A program made the translations under genes and the position numbers. Of a DNA stretch of 64,000 nt, positions 20,972 to 29,054 are shown one piece after another; position 1 is the stretch's first letter; each line of letters opens with the position of its first letter. A model generated the notes under the pieces. That model was given only the letters and a program-made list of their open reading frames with translations, had not been told where the DNA came from and did no database searches. Location: assembly GCA_963798845.1 (NCBI GenBank), contig CAWCUS010000002.1, forward strand, positions 608,001 through 672,000. Reading direction: 5' to 3'. Origin of the DNA: an uncultured Gemmatimonadales bacterium. GTDB lineage: Bacteria > Gemmatimonadota > Gemmatimonadetes > Longimicrobiales > RSA9.

Positions 20972-22027
20972 TCAGTCCGCGAGCTCGCGGGACCAGGCCC
21001 TGAACGCCATCTCCGGGTACCGCCGCGAGAACATGTGCCACTCGCCGAGGGAGGCGGGGACGGTGTAGTCGGCGGCCGCCTGCTCGACCGGTCGCCCGCT
21101 TTCGATGGCCCGGCGCGCGGCGGCCTCCACGTGGTCCAGGAGTGCGATGTATCGGTCCAGGTCCTCCGGTGTGGCCAGCGTGCCGTGACCGGAGACGTAC
21201 GTCTCCGCGTTCTGCGCCCGGAGCGCGCGCACGTGGCGCGAGAGCCGGGACGGGATCGCGTCGACGTAATTGGGGAACATCCCCATCCAGACCAGGTCGC
21301 CGGTGAAGATCACGGGGGCATCGGCGAGCTCGATCACCAGGTCGCTGGGCGTGTGGCCTTCCCGGCCGACCAGGCGAACCGTGCGGCCGCCGAGGTCCAG
21401 CTCCACGGGGTCGCCCTGGTCCGGCAGGAGGTGGTCGGGAAGGAGTACGGGCGTGGCCGACGTGGCGTCGTCGGGCAGCGCCTCCTCGTGCCCCGCGGTG
21501 AGTCGCCGGGTGGTCCGGGTGGCGATCATGGTGGGCGGCGCCCCATCGCGCACGTAGCCCACGGTTCCGCTCGTATGGTCGGCGTGGTAGTGAGTGAGCA
21601 CGACATGGGTCGGGCGACGGCCCACCCGCCGCTCTGCCTCCTCGGCCAGCCACGCGGCGCCCGCCGGGGTCCCGAACCCTTCCACGGCCAGGACCGCGTC
21701 CCGCCCCGCGACCAGGCCGCCGTTGCACACCGTTCGCCGGGCGTCCGGGCTGTCGGCGAGCGGAGTGGAGACCACGGCCCAGGTGTCGTCGGCGATGGGG
21801 ACGAGGCTCCCCCACGGCTCCGGCGCTGGGGCGGCACGAAGCCAGCCGCCGGAGCGAGCCGAGCCCGAAAGGCCGGCCGGGGCCGCGCGAGCGCGCCCGG
21901 GGAGGAGCCCGCCCGCGGTCAGGGCCGCTGCGCCGGCCGCGGCGGCCCGTACGAACGCCCTCCGTCCCATGCCGCCGTCCGCCACGGCTCCAGCCTCGAT
22001 CTTCCGCTCCGGATCCCGCTCGCTCAT
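20972..22027 (-). CDS. Tat-exported metallo-beta-lactamase-fold hydrolase
   Basis: GRRAFV twin-arginine signal; THYHADH, GHT, TGD, SGHG. Confidence 0.82.
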   Translation of the reverse strand: MSERDPERKIEAGAVADGGMGRRAFVRAAAAGAAALTAGGLLPGRARAAPAGLSGSARSGGWLRAAPAPEPWGSLVPIADDTWAVVSTPLADSPDARRTVCNGGLVAGRDAVLAVEGFGTPAGAAWLAEEAERRVGRRPTHVVLTHYHADHTSGTVGYVRDGAPPTMIATRTTRRLTAGHEEALPDDATSATPVLLPDHLLPDQGDPVELDLGGRTVRLVGREGHTPSDLVIELADAPVIFTGDLVWMGMFPNYVDAIPSRLSRHVRALRAQNAETYVSGHGTLATPEDLDRYIALLDHVEAAARRAIESGRPVEQAAADYTVPASLGEWHMFSRRYPEMAFRAWSRELAD

Positions 22028-22099
22028 GACCGTTCCTCGCGTCGACTGTGTGTGGTCAATATCGGGTCCCGCCGACCCTCGCGCGACCGGCCGGCCGCG

Positions 22100-22783
22100 T
22101 CAGCGGCTGAGGGGCTCGCGGGCGCCGAGGACGCGGAGGTTGCGGGCGAAGCGGACCAGGAGCATCAGGAACATGATGCCGATGCCCGACGTGACGATCG
22201 GGTTGGCGAACGGCTTGATGGCCGTGGGGGAAAGGCCGTTGATCACGGCGAAGTAGAGCCCCGTGTTGACGATCGCCATGCCGATGCGCCCTTCGGTGGG
22301 GCCGAAGCGACCGTACGAGATGTTGAAGACCCCGTACACCGCCGACTCCAGGTACACGTTGATGGAGAGCATCAGGTAGACGATCACCAGCAGAAGCGAC
22401 ACCCAGAGGGAGATGAAGGGCGAGAGTCCCATCCCGCCCGCGATGAGGGCCGTGGTCACCGCGTCGACGGCGTGGTCGATGTAGTAGCCGTACTTCGGTC
22501 GCTCGCGATGCCGGAGGCGGGCGACGGTGCCATCGAGGCTGTCCCCGAACCAGTTCACCACCAGCATCCCGGTCGCCAGCCACAGCCACCCGGGGCTGAG
22601 CTCCGAGAGTGCGTAGCTCGCGGTGACGCCCACCGCGCCGATCACCCCGACGACCGTCAGCTGGTCCGAGGTCAGCCAGCTGGGGAGACGGCGAGCGATC
22701 GCCTGCAGCACGCGTCGCTCGGGACCGGCCAGCAGGAACGTCATCTCCCGCCGGGATTTCTCGCCGCCGCCCCCAGCGCTCAA
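22100..22783 (-). CDS. CDP-alcohol phosphatidyltransferase family protein
   Basis: DSLDGTVAR..R....G.Y.DH..D signature. TTG start 5 nt after GGAGG. Confidence 0.85.
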   Translation of the reverse strand: MSAGGGGEKSRREMTFLLAGPERRVLQAIARRLPSWLTSDQLTVVGVIGAVGVTASYALSELSPGWLWLATGMLVVNWFGDSLDGTVARLRHRERPKYGYYIDHAVDAVTTALIAGGMGLSPFISLWVSLLLVIVYLMLSINVYLESAVYGVFNISYGRFGPTEGRIGMAIVNTGLYFAVINGLSPTAIKPFANPIVTSGIGIMFLMLLVRFARNLRVLGAREPLSR

Positions 22784-22951
22784 ACACACCTCCACGATCG
22801 TCTCGGCTCCGCGTCCGGGGGAGCCTAGCCGCCGCCGCGTGTCTCCGCCAGTCCGCGCGAGCGCCGCCGGTGCCCCGGGGAACGTTGACAAATCACCGCC
22901 CTGGCGCTCTTCATCACGGTCCCGGTTCCCGGCAGCACGAAAGCAGCGCAC

Positions 22952-25069
22952 GTGAGAGCTCTCTCCCTCATTGTCGCCCTCGCCCCGGCCATCTCTTCCA
23001 GCCCCGCGCCGGCGGCATTCCCGATCCCGCCGTCGAGCCTCCAGGCCTCGCCATGGGCGACGACGGTCCCGGCCGACACCGGGGGCGTGGACACGGTCCG
23101 GTCGGACGCCGCCGCGGCGGACAGCTCCGCCGCTGCGTACCGCCTGGGGGAGATCGTGGCCAGCGTGGAGCGCCCGGTGTCGGAAGCCGCGGCAACGGTC
23201 CGGGTGATCACGGCGCGCGAGATCGAGGCGACCGGGGCGAGGACGCTGGACGAAGCGCTCCTGCTGGTGCCTGGGCTGGAGGTCCGCACCGGAGGCCAGG
23301 GAGTGCCGCGAGTCGACCTGCGGGGTCTCCGCTCGCGGCACGTGCTGCTTCTGCTGAACGGGATCCCGCTGAACTCGACGTACGACGGCCAGTTCGATCC
23401 GGCGTTCATCCCGACCGAGGAGATCGAGCGCATCAAGGTGACCACCGGCACGGGCTCGGTGCTGTACGGGGAGGGCGGCCTGGCGGGAACGATCAACGTC
23501 ATCACACGCTCAGGGGGGCGGCGCCTGTCGGGAGAAGCCTCGGCCGAAGCCCGTGAGGTGGATGGGGGGCTGGCCTCGGTACGCGCGGGGACGGGCACGG
23601 AGCACGTGTCGGTGTTCGCCTCGGGCAGCATCGCCTCCGTGAACGGCTTTCCCTCGCTGACCGGGTCTCCCGCGGCCGGCTCGCCAGGTGAGGAGGGGGT
23701 ACGGGGCAACAGTGACAGGAAGAGAGCGAACGGGATGGCGCTGGTGACGGCGTCGCCGGCCGCGGGAGTGCAGCTCGGGCTGGCCGCCGGGGTGAGCCGG
23801 GGCGAGTACGGGATCCCGCCGGAAGTGCAGGCCGATCCGGAAGACCGGTTCGCGCGCAGCCCGACGTACGACCGGGTGGAGGCGCGCGACGACGGCTACG
23901 CGCAGATGGCGGCCTCGCTGGGCTCGCCGGGCGGGCCGCGGCTCCGTTCCTGGGCTTACGTGAACGGCCTGGACCTGCACGAGGCGCGCTACGACGACTC
24001 CACGTACAGCTCCATGGAGGCGCGGGGCAGCTACGATTCCCACACGCGCACGCGGCTCACGGGCGTGGGCGTGCAGGCGGCGTCGAAGGCGGGTCGGCTG
24101 GGGCGGCTGACCCTCGGTCTGTCCGCGCAGCGCGACGCCTGGACGCTGCACCTGCGGGTGCGCAATGCGGCGGTCGGCTCCGGCCGCGACCGCACGTGGG
24201 AAATGCGCTCCTTCCACGACGATCGAACGCTCGCCCGCTACGGCACGGCGCTCGAGTACCAGGTCCGGCCCACGGACCGTCTCGGGATCGTGGCCGGCTA
24301 CATGCACCACTGGCTGCGGCGTGATGCCGCCGCCGACACCGCGCCGCGGGAGGAGGGGACCACCGGCGCGGACGGCTTGATGGCGGCGGTCAGCTTCGAC
24401 GCTTCCTCCAGCACGCGGCTGAGGGTGGCGGCGTCGCGCAAGTTCCGGTTCCCGACGATCCGGCAGCTGTACGACGAGGTGGCGGGGAACCCGACCCTGG
24501 GCACGGAGCGGTCCGACGTGGTGGAGGCGGGTGTGCACCAGCAGTTGCGTCGGGTGATGGTGGACGTGACAGTGTACAGGATGACGATCCACGACTTCAT
24601 CGAGCGCCCGTCGCGGAACGAGCCGTTCGCGAACTTCCAGCGCTACCGGTTCACCGGCGTCGAGCTGGCCGCCGAGGCGCGGCCAACGGACGCGCTCACG
24701 CTGCGGGGCGGGTACACGTTCATGGACGCCGTGGACGCGTCCGCAGGCGCGGGACGGCAGGAGCTCCAGTACCGGCCGCGTCACCACGCCACGCTGGAGA
24801 CGGGCTACGCCTTCCCGTTCGGCTTCGCCGCCACCGCCACCGCGAGCCGCGTCGCAGGTCAGTACTATTACTCCCGCCAGGAGCCGGTGGAGAAGGGGCA
24901 GCTCCCCGACTACACGATCGTGGGCCTCCGGCTCGTGCAGGACCTGTCCTGGCAGAACGCGGCGGTCTACGCCGGCGCGGACAACCTGTTCGACGTGGGG
25001 TACGAGGAGGAGTACGGCTCTCCCCGGGCGACCCGGACGCTCTACGTTGGAGCGCGCGTCCGATGGTGA
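22952..25069 (+). CDS. TonB-dependent receptor
   Basis: Signal peptide; plug motif IERIKVTTGTGSVLYGEGGLAGTINVIT; C-terminal DNLFD...RTLYVGARVRW. Confidence 0.9.
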   Translation: MRALSLIVALAPAISSSPAPAAFPIPPSSLQASPWATTVPADTGGVDTVRSDAAAADSSAAAYRLGEIVASVERPVSEAAATVRVITAREIEATGARTLDEALLLVPGLEVRTGGQGVPRVDLRGLRSRHVLLLLNGIPLNSTYDGQFDPAFIPTEEIERIKVTTGTGSVLYGEGGLAGTINVITRSGGRRLSGEASAEAREVDGGLASVRAGTGTEHVSVFASGSIASVNGFPSLTGSPAAGSPGEEGVRGNSDRKRANGMALVTASPAAGVQLGLAAGVSRGEYGIPPEVQADPEDRFARSPTYDRVEARDDGYAQMAASLGSPGGPRLRSWAYVNGLDLHEARYDDSTYSSMEARGSYDSHTRTRLTGVGVQAASKAGRLGRLTLGLSAQRDAWTLHLRVRNAAVGSGRDRTWEMRSFHDDRTLARYGTALEYQVRPTDRLGIVAGYMHHWLRRDAAADTAPREEGTTGADGLMAAVSFDASSSTRLRVAASRKFRFPTIRQLYDEVAGNPTLGTERSDVVEAGVHQQLRRVMVDVTVYRMTIHDFIERPSRNEPFANFQRYRFTGVELAAEARPTDALTLRGGYTFMDAVDASAGAGRQELQYRPRHHATLETGYAFPFGFAATATASRVAGQYYYSRQEPVEKGQLPDYTIVGLRLVQDLSWQNAAVYAGADNLFDVGYEEEYGSPRATRTLYVGARVRW

Positions 25070-25776
25070 CGGCCGGCCCGGGCATGCAGCGCTTCCTCAC
25101 GCTCGATGAGGTCCTGCTCGGGCAGTCCCGCGTCCCCACGCTGGCGGGGCGCCACCGCGTGCGGGCGGCGGAGCTCGCCACGCTGCTCGGTCTCGGGATC
25201 TGCGCCGCGGCGCTCACCACCTTCGTACACCTCGGGCTGCGCGTGCCCGGGCACCACATCGTTTTCGCAGTGTTCCCCGTGGCGCTCGGGCTCGCGCTCG
25301 TGCCGCGACGGGCGGCCGGGTCGGTCATGGGCGCGGGCGCGGCGGCGGGGGTCGTCGCCTTCGGCTTCATGGGCTTCCACCTTCCGGGTCCGGGGGCGCT
25401 GACCAGCTTGCTCCTCACCGGTCCGCTGCTGGACGTGGCGCTCCGCATCGGCCGACGCGGCGTTCGCCTGCACCTTGCCTTCCTCCTCGGCGGCGCGGCT
25501 GCCAACGCCATCGCCTTCGTCGTGCGCGGCGCCACCAGGGCCGCCGGGCTCCACGCAATGGCGGGCGCGCGGCCGTTCCCGGCCTGGTTCTCGCAGGCCG
25601 TCTGGACGTACGCTGCCGCCGGGCTCGTGGCGGGCGGCGTGAGCGCCCTCGCCTGGTTCCACATCGGCGTGCGGTGGAGAGGCGAGCGAGGTAGCGGGGC
25701 CGATGCCCCAGCCGGGACGGATGAGCCTGGAGCAGAAGACCCCGGGCGCGACCGACGCCCTCGCCGGAATCCGTGA
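25063..25776 (+). CDS. Multi-pass membrane protein, possibly ECF S-component-like
   Basis: About 6 hydrophobic segments and an LRVPGHH motif. Start overlaps the TBDR stop (alternative start 25084). Confidence 0.6.
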   Translation: MVTAGPGMQRFLTLDEVLLGQSRVPTLAGRHRVRAAELATLLGLGICAAALTTFVHLGLRVPGHHIVFAVFPVALGLALVPRRAAGSVMGAGAAAGVVAFGFMGFHLPGPGALTSLLLTGPLLDVALRIGRRGVRLHLAFLLGGAAANAIAFVVRGATRAAGLHAMAGARPFPAWFSQAVWTYAAAGLVAGGVSALAWFHIGVRWRGERGSGADAPAGTDEPGAEDPGRDRRPRRNP

Positions 25777-25791
25777 CGGGAGAGGATCTCG

Positions 25792-26745
25792 ATGGAGCTG
25801 CACGGCGTTCACCACCTGACCGCGATCACCGCCGATGTCCGGGAGAACCACCGCTTCTACACGCGCGTTCTCGGCCTGCGCCTGGTCAAGCGGAGCGTCA
25901 ACCAGGACGACGTCTCCGCGTACCACCTCTTCTACGCCGACGGCGAAGGGCGTCCGGGCACGGACATCACGTTTTTCGACTGGCCCGTCCCCCCCGAGCG
26001 ACGGGGCACGCGCAGCCTGGTGAGGACGCACATGCGGGTGGCCGACCGCACCTCGCTGGAATGGTGGCTCGAGCGCCTGGACGGGAGCGGAGTTGCGCAC
26101 GCCGGGATCGTGGAGCGTGACGGCCGCGCCACCATCGACTTCGAGGACCCCGAGGGGCAGCGGCTGTCGCTGATCGAGGACGGCGGCGAGGGCGATCCGC
26201 CGTCGTACTGGGACGGGTGCCCGGTGCCGCAGGAGCACCAGATCCGCGGCCTCGGGCCGATTGTCATGAGCGCCCCCACGCTGCAGCCCACGGACATCAT
26301 CCTCACCGAGGTTCTCGGCATGAACGCGGTCAGGGAGTATGACGACCCGGTTTACGGCCCTGGCGGGGTGCACGTCTTCCGCATGGCCGCCGACGGCCCG
26401 CAGGGGGAGCTGCACGTGGCGGTGCAGCCCGATCTCCAGCCCGCGCGCCAGGGCGCCGGCGGCGTCCACCACGTGGCGTTCCGCACTCCCGACGAGGACG
26501 AGTACGAGGCGTGGGTGGAGCGGCTCGGCGAGCTGGGCGTCCCGAACAGCGGCCCGGTGGACCGCTTCTGGTTCCGCAGCCTCTATTTCCGCGAGCCGAA
26601 CGGCGTCCTCTTCGAGATCGCCACCGACGGACCCGGCTTCGCCGTGGACGAGAACCCCGACACACTGGGCGAGAAGGTTGTCCTGCCCCCGTTCCTGGAG
26701 CCGCGGCGCGACGCGATCCTGGCGGGGCTCAAGCCGATTGAGTAG
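25792..26745 (+). CDS. Ring-cleaving dioxygenase, VOC/glyoxalase family (MhqO/MhqA-like)
   Basis: HHLTAI, VKRSVNQDD..YHLFY, GGVHHVAFR, DRFWFRSLYFREPNGVLFEIATDGPGF. Confidence 0.9.
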   Translation: MELHGVHHLTAITADVRENHRFYTRVLGLRLVKRSVNQDDVSAYHLFYADGEGRPGTDITFFDWPVPPERRGTRSLVRTHMRVADRTSLEWWLERLDGSGVAHAGIVERDGRATIDFEDPEGQRLSLIEDGGEGDPPSYWDGCPVPQEHQIRGLGPIVMSAPTLQPTDIILTEVLGMNAVREYDDPVYGPGGVHVFRMAADGPQGELHVAVQPDLQPARQGAGGVHHVAFRTPDEDEYEAWVERLGELGVPNSGPVDRFWFRSLYFREPNGVLFEIATDGPGFAVDENPDTLGEKVVLPPFLEPRRDAILAGLKPIE

Positions 26746-26764
26746 GGCCGCCAGCGCAGGTGAG

Positions 26765-27602
26765 ATGGGGCCGGCCGCCGGGCCCGACCTCCTCATCGGC
26801 CTGGACGACACCGACGTCGTGGGCTCGCCGGGGACCAACCAGCTCGCGCGCCGCATCGCCGACGCGCTTCCGCATGGGTTCATCGCCGACGTGGTGCTCC
26901 GGCATCAGCTGCTGAAGGACCCGCGGATCCCGTTCACGAGCCAGAACGGCAGCGCCTCGATCGGCGTCCGGGTGTCCGCGGAGATGGCCCGGGCGCTGCC
27001 CGTCGGCCCGTCCGCCGCGCTGCCGATGGCGGAGGCTGTCGACTCGCCCCTCCACGGCCTGCTGGCCTTCCTGCGTGCCGAGATCCTGGCGTTCGCGCCT
27101 CCGGGCAGTGATCCCGGGCTCGCCGTCGCGCACGCCCGCCTGTTTCCGCCGACGCGGACGCCACACTCCGCCGGCAGCGGGCCCGGCCAGCCGCGGTCGG
27201 ACGCTGGCGGCTTACGGCCGCCGCTGCCAGAGCGAGCCGATCACACAGGGAGCGGCGAGGGAGCTGGCCGGGAGCCACGGCATTCACCTCGAGGGGCTCG
27301 GTGGAACCGAGGACGGCATCATCGGCGCGCTCGCCGCCGTGGTCCTGCGGGCGGGCGGCGAAGATGGCCGCGTGGTCCACCGCCGGGGCTGGCCCTGGCC
27401 CGACCCCTTCACGGGCCTTCGCACGGTCGAGGAGGTGCACGCCCGCGGCGTGGATGAGGTGAGGGTGCTCGCCACGGGAGCGCCCGTGCACCAGGGGCTC
27501 GTCGATGTCGGGAAGCGGCTCCGCCCGGCTTTCCGCGGGGGTCGGGTCGTCCTGTTCGTCGAGTCCGGTGAGGCGGCGTGGCGCGGGCTCAAAGTGCCGT
27601 GA
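26765..27602 (+). pseudogene. TiaS-N-terminal-like (GxDDTD) protein split by a frameshift near 27135-27200
   Basis: Frame 2 gives IGLDDTD..GT..RHQL..IPFTSQN..SDPGLAV. Frame 3 continues AYGRRCQ..LEGLGGTEDGIIGALAAV..DGR to TGA at 27602. May be an assembly error. Confidence 0.6.
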
Positions 27603-27656
27603 CTGGCGGCGCGGGGCGTCGTATGTTGCCGGGTCGCTCGCAGAAACGACCGTGAG

Positions 27657-28379
27657 GTGGCCGTGGCCGTAACGAATTCCGATCGCTTTCTGGTCTCGTT
27701 CGCGCAGGCGGAGGACGCGCTCAAGCGGATGCTGGGGACGTCGTCGAAGGACTCGTTCCGCTGGACGGTCAGGCAGGCGGCGAAGCGGAGCGCAGTGGTG
27801 CGCTCCGTGGAGGAGGACCTCCTCGAGTTCGCGGATCTCCGGAACGCAATCGTGCACGACCGCGGCGGCGGGTACGTGATCGCGGAGCCGCACGTCGCGA
27901 CGGTGGAGCGGCTGGAGGTGATCGTCGCGCTGCTCACCGATCCGCCGCGCATCGACGGCACCATGTCGCATCCCGTGGTCACCTGCTCGGCGGAGGACCC
28001 GATCGGGGAGGCGGCCCAGCGCATGGTGAAGGGCGGATTCACGCGGCTTCCCGTCTACTCCGGCGACGAGCTGGTCGGCCTCCTCACCGCGCACGCCATC
28101 GCCCGCTGGATCGCCACGAAGCTGGCCGGGCCGCTCGACACGCTTCACGAGGAGCCGGTCCGCGCCGTGCTCGAGTACGGGAACGGCGTGAAGCGGTTCG
28201 AGCTGGTGTCGCGGGATCGACTGGTGGCGGACGTGGTCCGGCTGTTCACCGGGGCCACCGAGCGCGGGCGCCGGCTGGAAGCGGTCCTCGTCACGGCGAA
28301 CGGGCTGCCGACGGAGCGGCTGTTGGGGATCGTGACGGTCCAGGACCTCCCCCGCCTCTACGGTGTCATCGCCCCCTGA
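27657..28379 (+). CDS. N-terminal HEPN-like (RxxxxH) domain + CBS pair protein
   Basis: Helical N-terminus with LRNAIVH; CBS motifs FTRLPVY..LVGLLT and VLVT..G...LLGIVTVQDL. Confidence 0.78.
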   Translation: MAVAVTNSDRFLVSFAQAEDALKRMLGTSSKDSFRWTVRQAAKRSAVVRSVEEDLLEFADLRNAIVHDRGGGYVIAEPHVATVERLEVIVALLTDPPRIDGTMSHPVVTCSAEDPIGEAAQRMVKGGFTRLPVYSGDELVGLLTAHAIARWIATKLAGPLDTLHEEPVRAVLEYGNGVKRFELVSRDRLVADVVRLFTGATERGRRLEAVLVTANGLPTERLLGIVTVQDLPRLYGVIAP

Positions 28380-28391
28380 CCGTTCCGGGCG

Positions 28392-28985
28392 CTAGCCGTT
28401 GTAGATGAGCCCGCCCCGGCTGGCGTAGAGCTGGAGCACGGCGCGCGCTTCGTCGCGCAGGACGCCAGGCACCATCTCGATCCCGCGCTCCTCCACGTAC
28501 CGGATCGATTCCGGGAAGACCGGCCCTTCGTCGAACTGAAGGCGCAGGGCGTCCTCGCGCCCGGCGCCCCACGCCAGGCGGCGGACCCCGCTCCACAGCA
28601 CCGCGCCGAGGCACATGGCGCACGGAGCGCACGACGACACCAGCTCGTGGGCAGGCAGGCCCTCCGCCGCCAGCGTGAACGTGCCCAGGCGCTGCTGGGC
28701 GAACATGAGCGCGGTCATCTCGGCGTGAAGCGCCGAGTTCCTGAGCCGCTCCACGCTGTTCAGCCCCACGCTCACGAGCCTGCCGCTGTCCCGCTCGAAA
28801 ACGGCGGCGGCGAACGGACCGCCCGCCCGGCGGAGCACGTTCTCGCGCGACAGCTCGATCACCAGCCGCATGCGATCTTCGAGCGATGCGAGCACCGCGT
28901 TCGCCGGCACCACCTCCAGGACCCACCCGGGGAGCGACACCTCCACCCCCCGGGTGGGGATGCGTCCTTCGCCTGCTTCTGCCAT
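28392..28985 (-). CDS. Zn-dependent nucleoside/nucleobase deaminase (CDA/TadA/guanine deaminase-like)
   Basis: GGPFAAAV, HAE and PCAMC motifs. Confidence 0.88.
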   Translation of the reverse strand: MAEAGEGRIPTRGVEVSLPGWVLEVVPANAVLASLEDRMRLVIELSRENVLRRAGGPFAAAVFERDSGRLVSVGLNSVERLRNSALHAEMTALMFAQQRLGTFTLAAEGLPAHELVSSCAPCAMCLGAVLWSGVRRLAWGAGREDALRLQFDEGPVFPESIRYVEERGIEMVPGVLRDEARAVLQLYASRGGLIYNG

Positions 28986-29054
28986 GGCACCTTTCTTCGA
29001 AGCGGGACCTGCCATCGGGCGGCCCCGTTCCGTACGCCCCGGCGCGCTCCGCGG

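Noticed and set aside
22784..22951. Cobalamin or other riboswitch upstream of the TonB-dependent receptor
   Set aside because: The gap is short and shared with a divergent gene, and I found no B12-box or other recognisable aptamer motif.
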